This document shows, piece after piece, positions 54,585 through 63,175 of a DNA stretch of 64,000 nucleotides. The DNA comes from an uncultured Desulfospira sp. (GTDB taxonomy: Bacteria > Desulfobacterota > Desulfobacteria > Desulfobacterales > Desulfobacteraceae): positions 160,001 to 224,000 of the forward strand of contig OY760175.1 of the NCBI GenBank assembly GCA_963663165.1. Reading direction: 5' to 3'. The notes below the pieces were generated by a model, which ran no database searches, was not told the DNA's origin, and saw only the letters and a program-made list of their open reading frames with translations. Numbering within the stretch: position 1 is the first letter of the stretch; the number at the start of each line of letters is the position of its first letter. Position numbers and translations under genes: made by a program.

Positions 54585-57446
54585 TCAATCCCCTACTCCC
54601 AACAAAGAAAGCCCCTCAGCATTGGCTGTGACCTGGGCCATTTCCATAATTTCCTGGAAAATCATCTCCAAGGCCGGGGCCAGGGCAGATGATTCAACCT
54701 GTATCCCTATCGGCTCCCCGCTTTCGATCCGGGCGGCCTGGGCATTGGCAAGACGGGTTTCGGCAGCCACAAGGCTTTCCTGCATGTTGATTTCTTTTTC
54801 CAGGAGATCGTAAAGCTCATAGAAATGAGCCCCGCCGCCCTCTGACAGGCTCGAAAACATAGTGCTGACCGTATCGGATGTTGCTTCAATTGCCACCCCA
54901 AGGCTTTCCATGGTGGCCTTGACTTGTTCAGTTTCAGCTTCAAGTGAGGCAATGTTCAGCTTTGCATCCCATTCAATAGCGGTGTTCATGGTGTCAGTTA
55001 GATTGCCGAACATATTTTCAATTGTCTCAAGTTTTGCCTTATCAAGCTCGGTCTGAATCTCTAACGTTTTTGCCGGTTCTAAAGTTTCCTGAATATCTTT
55101 AGTGGCCTTGGTTGCTGATGTCATATCCGCCTCCACTGTATAGGAAACGGTTGTGCCGTCCTCAAGCTCAACTTCCAAGGTCTGCCAAGCCTTTTTGGCC
55201 TCTTCTATGGGATCAGTTTTTACGGCGATATCAACGATTTTTTCTCCCGGGATTTCTTCAAGCATGGAAATGGCGGCCTTGAGTTCTCCGGCATCTATCA
55301 ATGATTGAACCAGGATCTGTTTTTCTTCGGGAAGATCTTGCAGGCCATTGTAAAGGGTTCCCAGATCCCCCATGGATACGTTGGCAAAAACATCAACCTT
55401 TTTTTCATCCGGGATATCGGCCAGGGTCCCGTTTATTGAGTTGAGATCCGAGTTCAGGCCGTCAATCCCGGTCATTTCAATCTTGGATTCTTTTTTTTCC
55501 GGGATCTTATCTAATTTTTTGGGAATGGCTTCGATCTTTTCGACCGACTCAGCAGCGGTGTCATTCAGTTCAGTGAAATTGACCTTCATGCCGGTGAGTT
55601 TTTCCGTTGCGGCTGATGCGGCATCGTACATTGCCTTTTTAGTCTCAGTTTTCCAGCTTTGCACCTTAGTGATATTCTCTTCGATATCATCCGAGAATGC
55701 ACCAAACATGAACGTCTTTGAAAACGTGTTCCCGGCAAGCATGAGATCCTCAACGATTTCAAGGAATGCAAGCTTTAGCGTGTTCCAGCCAAGTTTCATT
55801 GTTTCCAAGGCCCCTGAAATGGTATTGATAACCACATTGAACACGGGGGCAAGGTTATCCGCAGACTCTGACATTGCAAGAATAATTGCCGTGAATTTTG
55901 GGCCGAACTCAACAACAGCTTTAGAGAGTGCAAGGATTTGCCCGGCGGCTTCCTGGGTCTCTGTTTTAAGCTCGTTGAAACTGCTGATTGACCCTTTGAT
56001 GGATTCCCAAAAAGGTTTGAACCCGTCCACCATCCCGGCAGTGGTGTTCAACAGACTTGATATCGTGTTGAGAACGCCTTGAAGTGCTTCTTTCAAACCT
56101 TCCGAAGTAGTCAAATCAACATCGCTGAACAGGCCTCTAACTGAATCTTCCAGGTTTTCAAAGGAGTCAATCAGGTCCTTAAACTCAATTCCTTCAAAAG
56201 CTTCCGGCAGGTTCTTAGCGATTGCTTTTAAATCAGCCCCAAGCTGATTCCCAAATTCATTGATTTTCTCGAAAATTTCATCAAAAGTGCCGTCCTTCAC
56301 CATCTGCTGTAAAGCGAGAACAATTGAATTCCCGCCGTTAATGACGTTTTTAGAGGCATTTTCAAATTCGGTACCGATCAGGGTAGCCAGGTTTTCCAGC
56401 CTGGCCTTGAGTACGTCAACAGCATGTTCTGCTGACCCAAAATAACTTTCAAGTTCCTTGGCTGCTGACCCGGCAGCGCCCATGGCCGTTTCCGTTACCT
56501 CAAGGGTTTTATTCATTGAGGAAAAGGCCAGGGCCATCTTTGCCGCCTGGTCTTTTCCGACAAGTTGCTGGGCGTAATACGTTTTTTCAGTGTCGGTCAG
56601 GTTTTGGAAAACCGCCTGAACCTCATAGAAGATATCCCGGCCGGACTTCATCTGGCCGTTTACGTCGGTCTGCGATATCCCGAGTTCGGCCAGGGCCTGG
56701 GTAACCCGGGGCGTGTCTGATGTTAAATTGAGAAGGCCTGTTCTAAATGCCCGGCTCACCTCATCCCCAGAACGGAAAACCTCAATTACCGGTGTGAGAA
56801 TGCCGGCTGTTTCCTCAAATGAAAAACCCATCTGTGAGGCAATCGGGGAGAGATCGGCCATGCCTGTGGCAAGCTCTTCCACATTGGTGGCGTAGTTGTT
56901 GGAAGTTTCATTCAAGATATCAAGCAGCCGGTTCGCTTCTGATGCAGGAGAACCAAAGCCCTTCAAAGTGGATACCAACAGGGCACTTGCTTCTGATGCG
57001 TCAACGCCGCCCACGATAACAAGGTCCATGGCATTTTTGGCAAGCTGCATGGCTTCCTCAACATCATACCCGGCCTGTTTGAAATTGGCTGTGGAATTGA
57101 GAATATCTGATGCTGATTGCCCATACTGGTTTGACAGGTCGATAGCGGCATCTTGGGCTATTGCCAGGCTTTCCGGGGTTTCGTCCCCAAGGACTTTGTT
57201 TAGTTCAACCGCTGCGCTTTCAAACTGCATGGCTTTGGTGAAAGCATATGCCAGGCCACCAACCGCCATAGCTGACAAGGCGGCATCCGCTTTAATGACC
57301 CCATCGGCTATATCCGCAAAGGGATCAGCCACGGAACCCACTATGCTTTCAAAACTACCCAGGGTCCCGGACAAGGAGTTTATGGTCTGGCTGACCTGAT
57401 CGTCCCCCTGGAACAATATTTTTACGGTTTTCTCAAGATCGCCCAT
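54585..57446 (-). CDS. Phage tail tape measure protein (TP901-family core)
   Basis: 953 aa, helical; A..FE.....NK, A....Q.G....EA, N.YATNVEELA.G, G.....AFRT.L..L pattern. Confidence 0.85.
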   Translation of the reverse strand: MGDLEKTVKILFQGDDQVSQTINSLSGTLGSFESIVGSVADPFADIADGVIKADAALSAMAVGGLAYAFTKAMQFESAAVELNKVLGDETPESLAIAQDAAIDLSNQYGQSASDILNSTANFKQAGYDVEEAMQLAKNAMDLVIVGGVDASEASALLVSTLKGFGSPASEANRLLDILNETSNNYATNVEELATGMADLSPIASQMGFSFEETAGILTPVIEVFRSGDEVSRAFRTGLLNLTSDTPRVTQALAELGISQTDVNGQMKSGRDIFYEVQAVFQNLTDTEKTYYAQQLVGKDQAAKMALAFSSMNKTLEVTETAMGAAGSAAKELESYFGSAEHAVDVLKARLENLATLIGTEFENASKNVINGGNSIVLALQQMVKDGTFDEIFEKINEFGNQLGADLKAIAKNLPEAFEGIEFKDLIDSFENLEDSVRGLFSDVDLTTSEGLKEALQGVLNTISSLLNTTAGMVDGFKPFWESIKGSISSFNELKTETQEAAGQILALSKAVVEFGPKFTAIILAMSESADNLAPVFNVVINTISGALETMKLGWNTLKLAFLEIVEDLMLAGNTFSKTFMFGAFSDDIEENITKVQSWKTETKKAMYDAASAATEKLTGMKVNFTELNDTAAESVEKIEAIPKKLDKIPEKKESKIEMTGIDGLNSDLNSINGTLADIPDEKKVDVFANVSMGDLGTLYNGLQDLPEEKQILVQSLIDAGELKAAISMLEEIPGEKIVDIAVKTDPIEEAKKAWQTLEVELEDGTTVSYTVEADMTSATKATKDIQETLEPAKTLEIQTELDKAKLETIENMFGNLTDTMNTAIEWDAKLNIASLEAETEQVKATMESLGVAIEATSDTVSTMFSSLSEGGGAHFYELYDLLEKEINMQESLVAAETRLANAQAARIESGEPIGIQVESSALAPALEMIFQEIMEMAQVTANAEGLSLLGVGD

Positions 57447-57456
57447 GTTTCACCTC

Positions 57457-57789
57457 TCAGTTCAATGTTTTTTGGGAAGGGGCCGGAGCGCCCCCGGTTG
57501 ATACAATTCGTTCGTGGATTTCTGAAATCCAATCCCGACAGATTTCTTTGATTTCCGGGGGAGCATCTTTTTTATCAATTTCGGCAAGGAACCTTTCTGA
57601 CACTTTTTGCATATGCTCCCCGATAGGCGGAAACGCTTTCATAAGGGCACCGTGTACCCATGCTTCAAAATGGGCGTTGGCTTCAAATTTTGCCCTCAAG
57701 ATTGCCAAGTCTCGGGCCTGGAGAGCGATCGCGGCCCTCAGTCCTTGTATCTGCTTTTCAAGCCGTTCTATTTTTTCTGAATCTGACAT
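57457..57789 (-). CDS. Hypothetical protein immediately upstream of the tape measure gene
   Basis: 110-aa ORF, RBS AAGGA. Confidence 0.6.
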   Translation of the reverse strand: MSDSEKIERLEKQIQGLRAAIALQARDLAILRAKFEANAHFEAWVHGALMKAFPPIGEHMQKVSERFLAEIDKKDAPPEIKEICRDWISEIHERIVSTGGAPAPSQKTLN

Positions 57790-57879
57790 TTTTAATTCCT
57801 TTTACCGTGTGTGGGCATAGACCCTGATCCATCCCGTTTTCCGCCGGAAGGGTCAGGGCCTATGCTGAATCTAAAAATT

Positions 57880-58356
57880 TTACGCTTCCAGCGCTTCGAT
57901 TCGGGCATAAAGTTCAGCCAGGGCACCCTCGACGGTCGTCTCATCTGTATGGGTGTCGGCATCGGCTATCGAAACGGCTGAAGCAGTCGTGAATGCGACT
58001 TTTAGTCTGACGGCTTCAACGATATCCCCGTCTGCCGTGGCCTCTTCCAGGGCAATAAACTGGGCTGCGCCGCTGGAAGTCCCGGACACTTTCCCGTCTG
58101 CGTCACCGTACAGGGTGGCCCCGATGGAAAAGGCGGCCGCTGCGACAACCAGACAGGTTTTCATCTCAACGGTTATTGCATCCCCTTCTTTTTCGTTCGA
58201 TGCGGTAAGACCGATATAGGCCTCTCCGGCATCGGCATGAACAACTTCAAGGGGGATTGTTGTTGTCCCAGATTTAACCTTAACTCTGCGGTTGGCAATC
58301 AGATTCTCACCGGCCACAAAAGACTTGCCTCCAAGGTTGTAAACAGATTGTGTCAT
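57880..58356 (-). CDS. DUF2190-like head decoration/capsid cement protein with a fibre-like tail
   Basis: SF.AG..L...RRVK, A..G...IG, G..LY..ADGKV, G/F.ALE.AT.DGD.VE; C-terminal VEGALAEL. Confidence 0.7.
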   Translation of the reverse strand: MTQSVYNLGGKSFVAGENLIANRRVKVKSGTTTIPLEVVHADAGEAYIGLTASNEKEGDAITVEMKTCLVVAAAAFSIGATLYGDADGKVSGTSSGAAQFIALEEATADGDIVEAVRLKVAFTTASAVSIADADTHTDETTVEGALAELYARIEALEA

Positions 58357-58396
58357 GGTTCATCTCCTTATTTGGGATTGAGTTTATTAAAGAGGG

Positions 58397-58693
58397 CTAT
58401 TTCCCCTCGATATAAGCGGCGTGGAGCCCAGGCCATTTTTTAGCAATAGCCTTCAAGGCTTCGGTTCTGGTGCAACCCTCTATTTTTTGGTAATCATCAA
58501 CAATTTCCATGAAGGTGTGCTTTGGCTTTTCTTCATGGGAATTGCCTGTAGTGCCTTCGAGTTTGTTATTTTCCTGGATAAACGCTTCGTGAAGATCCGG
58601 ATTCTCCATGGCGATCACGGATAGTGCCTCAGTCCTGGTACAGTCTTTGCTCTTTTGGTAGTCCTTAACCATTTGCATGAATGTCTGTTTCAT
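58397..58693 (-). CDS. 98-aa protein made of two ~36-aa repeats; scaffold C-terminus-like
   Basis: TFMQMVKDYQKSKDCTRTEALSVIAMENPDLHEAFI and TFMEIVDDYQKIEGCTRTEALKAIAKKWPGLHAAYI. Confidence 0.65.
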   Translation of the reverse strand: MKQTFMQMVKDYQKSKDCTRTEALSVIAMENPDLHEAFIQENNKLEGTTGNSHEEKPKHTFMEIVDDYQKIEGCTRTEALKAIAKKWPGLHAAYIEGK

Positions 58694-58891
58694 ATCAAAA
58701 AATCCTTTTATTCCTGTTCTTGTTGTGTGCTGGCTGACCAAACGGCCAGCCAGCATGAAAGGAGACCTGGGGAACATTCTATCCCCAGGCGACTCATAGA
58801 AATGGACTAAGCCAGCAATGCTCCAAAGAGCTGACATGTAGCCCCCGCCTTATTATCTTAAAGGGGGCAGGCCGGTGTGCCCCCATTGTGG

Positions 58892-59488
58892 TTAACCGCC
58901 AAGTTTATCAATGGCCATTCGTAGCTCACGCTGCCGATTCTGCAGGGCGTCAATTTCAGCAGGCAAGCTGATTTTTCCTTCTCGGGCGGCTTTAAATGCA
59001 CCGCTAAAACACGCCCTCTGCTCGTCCGACAGTCTGTTAAAAAGAGCTGGTAAATTGAAAACGATTCCGATCTCACCAAAAACTTGAGTAACTTGAGCGG
59101 CGGCCTCACCGAAGTTTTTCAAGGCATCAGGGGCCAGGGTTTCCTTTTGTTCACGAAGGGCCGCTATTTTTTCCCCGATTTCCTTGAGTTCGGAATCGTT
59201 TTCAAGATTCACGGTGCCGGTATGGATCCTTTCCAATTTAACCAGGGCAGCCCCAATGGTGGGGATACGATCTTCCAGGGACAGCCTTTCAGATTCCATG
59301 GTTTTGATTTCCTTGGTCGCAGGTTTATCCAAGTTTTCAATTTTTGCGACTTCAATCTCATTTTCGATTGTATTGAGCTTCTCTTCGGCCTCCATTTTGG
59401 CAGCGGAAAGGGCATCGATTTCTTCCTGGATCTCAATAGAGGTGAAATCCCCTTCGCCTGACAAAATTTGTTTTAATCGGTCACTCAT
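58892..59488 (-). CDS. Coiled-coil hypothetical protein
   Basis: Heptad-rich E/K/L sequence, RBS AAGGAG. Confidence 0.7.
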   Translation of the reverse strand: MSDRLKQILSGEGDFTSIEIQEEIDALSAAKMEAEEKLNTIENEIEVAKIENLDKPATKEIKTMESERLSLEDRIPTIGAALVKLERIHTGTVNLENDSELKEIGEKIAALREQKETLAPDALKNFGEAAAQVTQVFGEIGIVFNLPALFNRLSDEQRACFSGAFKAAREGKISLPAEIDALQNRQRELRMAIDKLGG

Positions 59489-59510
59489 GCTTTCTCTCCT
59501 TTTTTGGGGT

Positions 59511-59735
59511 TTATTTTTCTGTTTCTATGCTTTTGAACCTGGTTCCGCATCTTCGGCAAAGGTGATACCTCACTCGGATTCCATCTTCCCACGGCAAGGT
59601 ATTTGTCGTTGTTTGGCCGGGAAGTTTTTTAAGATCCGTTTTGCACTTGGGACACTGAACTCCGCTCACTCGATCAAAGCTCACCCCATCAAGTGGGGCT
59701 TTTGATTTTCTTCTTTCATTGGTCTCTGCTGCCAT
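59511..59735 (-). CDS. Zn-ribbon protein (Ogr/Delta- or NrdR-N-like)
   Basis: CPKC...R.RYH.C..CG.RFKSIE. Confidence 0.65.
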   Translation of the reverse strand: MAAETNERRKSKAPLDGVSFDRVSGVQCPKCKTDLKKLPGQTTTNTLPWEDGIRVRYHLCRRCGTRFKSIETEK

Positions 59736-59777
59736 GTCGCCACCTTTTTTTGAAATTTGGTTTAAGGAATGGTCCCT

Positions 59778-60269
59778 TCATGAGTGCCGTTTAACCTCGT
59801 CATCGGACAAAGTAAGCTCAGAATCGGCAATAATATTCCGGCATTCAGCAATTGATTTTTTCACGAGCGTTATCTGGTCCCCGGTGATCTCCGGCCAGTT
59901 CCTTTTCATGACCAAGGGAATGGATTCAAGAATAGGAATGATCTGGTTTGCGGATTTTTCCAAGGCATAGGTAAGGAGTGAGACAGGGGCAATCTTTTGT
60001 TCTTCAAGGTCATTTTGCCGTTTCTTTTCCCGGTGCTTTTCTTTTTCCAGAAGGGCTGAATAGTCACGATCGTCAAGCTCTTCGGAGTCACACTCCCGGA
60101 CCTGGCCGGAAGAGACTCCCCTCAAATATTTGATATATGCTATGCGGCAAGCGTCAAGATCATACCCGCCCGGCCCTTTGCTGGAAGGGAGTATCCCGTC
60201 TTTAACAAGACCCCTTACCCGGCGGGGGGTCAGGTCCAAGTGGTCTGCTATTTCTTGTTGGGTTGCCAT
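59778..60269 (-). CDS. Terminase small subunit, lambda Nu1-like
   Basis: wHTH TQQEIADHLDLTPRRV..L...G, YDL..C..AYI.YLR, then a coiled coil. Confidence 0.8.
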   Translation of the reverse strand: MATQQEIADHLDLTPRRVRGLVKDGILPSSKGPGGYDLDACRIAYIKYLRGVSSGQVRECDSEELDDRDYSALLEKEKHREKKRQNDLEEQKIAPVSLLTYALEKSANQIIPILESIPLVMKRNWPEITGDQITLVKKSIAECRNIIADSELTLSDDEVKRHS

Positions 60270-60499
60270 TTCCGCTCCCTTTTTTAATAATTTATAGAGC
60301 CAAATCCTGATTTTTCTCTATTATTCTTGATTATCCATGGTTATTTGAATTTAGTATTATTTCGAATAGCCTGTGGGTATTTCTTCCTTGGTTTGCAAGG
60401 ATTAACCCTGAGAGTTCCTAATTTTCGATTTAAAGCCCGTTGTATTTTTTGATGCATAAGTTCTCGCTTCGTCTTCTATTCGATTATTTGCCCACTTAA

Positions 60500-60590
60500 C
60501 CGGAAACGGAAACGGATTTTTTGAGGGTCGTAATTAGAAAAATATCGCGCCTTGCCGACCCGTAATAAATTAGGCCCTTGGAAGGACCCA
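60500..60590 (-). other. Lambda-like cos packaging site (cosQ-cosN-R3-like)
   Basis: Minus strand GGGTCCT, 17 nt, TTACGGGTCGGCAAGGCGCG, then CCGTTTCCGTTTCCGG; upstream of terS. Confidence 0.7.
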
Positions 60591-60621
60591 AAAGCTCTGA
60601 TTTGCTCTAAAATTCTCAATT

Positions 60622-60813
60622 TTACTCTCCTTTCCGATTGCCATTTTCCAGGAATTTTCTCAAAACCAAAAATTTTCTGAAAACTTCAATTTCATTTTTA
60701 ATCCGGAGCAACTCAATATCCAGCCGTTCAAGTCCACCTCCACAAGGAAGAGAATTAACCCTGTCTTTTAAATTTGTGATCCGGCCGTTGATTTCTGCTG
60801 TGAGTTTGTCCAT
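60622..60813 (-). CDS. Small hypothetical protein
   Basis: 63 aa from MDKLTA, RBS GAGG. Confidence 0.5.
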   Translation of the reverse strand: MDKLTAEINGRITNLKDRVNSLPCGGGLERLDIELLRIKNEIEVFRKFLVLRKFLENGNRKGE

Positions 60814-60843
60814 ATTCGCCCTCAAATATTTAATTAAAATTTG

Positions 60844-60955
60844 CCTCCCCAAATGACCTCCCCATTTCCCCACCCCCCTAAAGGGGGGTTGGGGTAAAAT
60901 GGGGAATTGTCCTCATTCTTCCCCATTGGGGCTATTTGGGGTATTTTGGGGAGCC
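60844..60955. repeat. CCCCA/TGGGG short-repeat cluster around a palindrome; putative replication origin
   Basis: CCCCCC-TAAA-GGGGGG hairpin flanked by CCCCAAAT/CCCCATTT and ATTTGGGG/AATGGGG units at the helicase 3' end. Confidence 0.55.
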
Positions 60956-62445
60956 ATTTCAAAGTAAGGAGTATTGACTTTTATACCTTCTAACTCACTT
61001 AAATAATTGAAATATCTATTCCAATGTTTTAACGGCATCCCCTTCGAAACAGCTTCGTCTTTGATATCCTGAATCAACACTTTTGCCCCATTTGGGGAGA
61101 AACCACTTTTTTCAAGATTTCGACGCTGTTTTTCAAAAAGATCCATCAAAATGCCCTGGCAAATTGCCTGCCATTTTCCCTGCTTTTTGACGGGTGTTTT
61201 TTTAACAGGTGCCTGATATCCGATCGGGTCTAAAATGCCGCCGGTGATCTCCTGGCCCTCTTCATCTTTGATACCAAGTTCAACCGACCGAATTTTGAAA
61301 GCCATGGGTGCAGGCGGTTCAAAATCTTTCATCTTTGTATTGGTCATCCGCACCACGCCTACATCATCTTTTTCAAGCCGGTATTCTGCATCCAGGGCAC
61401 CTTTTAAAGCCATGGCTCCCCGGCCCCTGGATTTATCCCCATGGCCGCTATGATGGATCAAAACGATAGCACAACGATACTTTGTCCTGATTGCATCCAA
61501 GGAAGCGATAAACGATGTCATTTCCTGGGTGCTGTTCTCATCACCAGGGCCAAAGTTACGGGCAAGTGTATCAATGAATATGGCCGCCGGTTTTTCTCTG
61601 GTACCATCAACGGCAGCCTCGACAATAGGAATAGATGCCGGATCACAAAAACTTGCCGGCGCCGTGGAAACAAACAGGGAGACAGACTCAAAGGAAACCT
61701 GGTGCCGAATCTGCCATGCCTGAAACCGTCTTCTTAGGCCATTTTGACCCTCTCCCGCGATATACACTACCGGCCCGGCGTTGACTCCCGTGCCATGGAA
61801 ATCTGTCCCTGTGGCGATACAGCAGGCCAAATCGACCCCTATGAAAGTTTTTCCACATCCCGGGTCACCAAACCACTGAGAAAGAGAGTCTCTCTCAAGG
61901 AGACCAGTTACAAGCCAATCAGGAGTTTTGCATTCAAGCTTCGAAATTGGGGTAAGCCGAAATAGTGTCTCTGAAGACAGTGAAAGGTTGTTTGTTTTTT
62001 CCCGGATTAAAGCCAATAAATCATCGACAGATTGCCCTGATCCCGCCCCACTGACTAAACATGACCCAAGGGCTGCAATCGCCCTTTTCACAGCACAATT
62101 TTTGATGATTTCGGCATGCCCGGCAGGATTCAGGGAGATGGGTGCCCTGTCTGCTATCTTTGCAAGCAATGAAGCGCCACCAGCCTTATCAAGCTCTCCG
62201 GATTCCTTGAGCTGATTCGCCACTGTGACCAGATCCACCCCGGCACCCTTTGATTTAAGCGTTAGGATTGCCTTAAATATCAACTGGTGTGAAGTCTGGT
62301 AAAAATGGCCCGGTTCCAAGCTGTTTACAATGCCGTCCAAGGCCTTGACACCCATGACAAAAATCGCGGCCAATAATCTATCTTCGGCGTCCAGGTCCTG
62401 GGGCGGTTGGATGATCGGGTCAGGATTATAGGCCAGCATATTCAT
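60913..62445 (-). CDS. DnaB N-terminal domain fused to an AAA_25/RepA-like helicase
   Basis: PPQDLDAE..LL, FY...HQLIF.AI, VDLVTV; GDPGCGKT, YIAGEG, IDTLAR, DENS, IHHSG, RG..AL. Confidence 0.85.
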   Translation of the reverse strand: MNMLAYNPDPIIQPPQDLDAEDRLLAAIFVMGVKALDGIVNSLEPGHFYQTSHQLIFKAILTLKSKGAGVDLVTVANQLKESGELDKAGGASLLAKIADRAPISLNPAGHAEIIKNCAVKRAIAALGSCLVSGAGSGQSVDDLLALIREKTNNLSLSSETLFRLTPISKLECKTPDWLVTGLLERDSLSQWFGDPGCGKTFIGVDLACCIATGTDFHGTGVNAGPVVYIAGEGQNGLRRRFQAWQIRHQVSFESVSLFVSTAPASFCDPASIPIVEAAVDGTREKPAAIFIDTLARNFGPGDENSTQEMTSFIASLDAIRTKYRCAIVLIHHSGHGDKSRGRGAMALKGALDAEYRLEKDDVGVVRMTNTKMKDFEPPAPMAFKIRSVELGIKDEEGQEITGGILDPIGYQAPVKKTPVKKQGKWQAICQGILMDLFEKQRRNLEKSGFSPNGAKVLIQDIKDEAVSKGMPLKHWNRYFNYLSELEGIKVNTPYFEMAPQNTPNSPNGEE

Positions 62446-63080
62446 TTTGCCCCCCCGATATTGGGACTTAATATCTGCGGCATCGGATTTGTCTTTGGCG
62501 AGCGATCGACTAACCTATCATACAGCCTTGCTGCCTGGCTCGATCGTTCCATTATTCGGGTCGGATAGTGGGGTAGTCGGTGTCCTGTTATGGCAAGGTA
62601 TCGGCCATGTTCGAAAATCTTAACCGGCCCATTGCTCCGTCCTTCGGGGGGGAGCGATCCCTTGATAAGGGTTCTTAATCCGGTTCCGCTCGGGCTTATC
62701 TCCGAGTAGGAAAACAGTCTGTTCAAGATTTCCAAAGCCCATGATTCGATGGCACCTGTTTGTGGATCTCGGCAGTCGTTTAAATCGAAAACAACAAATG
62801 GATCTTTAAGGGCCAGGGCGAAACTCAACCCGGTAAAAGCGAGTTTCTGACAATAAATGAAAACATCACAGACCTGTTTAAAGGTTCCCAAGGGATGAGG
62901 GATGAGGGCATCGACATTCCTTCCAAGGTACGAATATGGAATTTCTGTCCATTTTTTATCCTGTTGCTTAGCCTTCCACAGAATCCACTGGTGGTGAAAC
63001 CTGAGTTCTTCGGGGATGTTTTCCAAGACAGGACATAGCCAGGCGGGCTCCATAACTTCTTTCTGGCCTGGCATCAGCAT
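62442..63080 (-). CDS. Primase-polymerase (prim-pol)-like domain with degenerate catalytic motifs
   Basis: IPEEL...QW..W, DPFV.FDL.DC, SYSEISPSGTGL, RY..ITG. Confidence 0.75.
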   Translation of the reverse strand: MLMPGQKEVMEPAWLCPVLENIPEELRFHHQWILWKAKQQDKKWTEIPYSYLGRNVDALIPHPLGTFKQVCDVFIYCQKLAFTGLSFALALKDPFVVFDLNDCRDPQTGAIESWALEILNRLFSYSEISPSGTGLRTLIKGSLPPEGRSNGPVKIFEHGRYLAITGHRLPHYPTRIMERSSQAARLYDRLVDRSPKTNPMPQILSPNIGGAK

Positions 63081-63175
63081 GTGGCCTCCACCATGGCAAA
63101 AAAAATCAGTGCCGCCAGCACCGCCGGATCAAGCTTGACACAAGACAAGTAATTGATTATATTGAAATAAATCAT
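63074..63175 (-). CDS. Putative 33-aa leader/hydrophobic peptide overlapping the prim-pol start
   Basis: MIYFNIINYLSCVKLDPAVLAALIFFAMVEATC; G-rich RBS; below the ORF-track cutoff. Confidence 0.45.
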   Translation of the reverse strand: MIYFNIINYLSCVKLDPAVLAALIFFAMVEATC

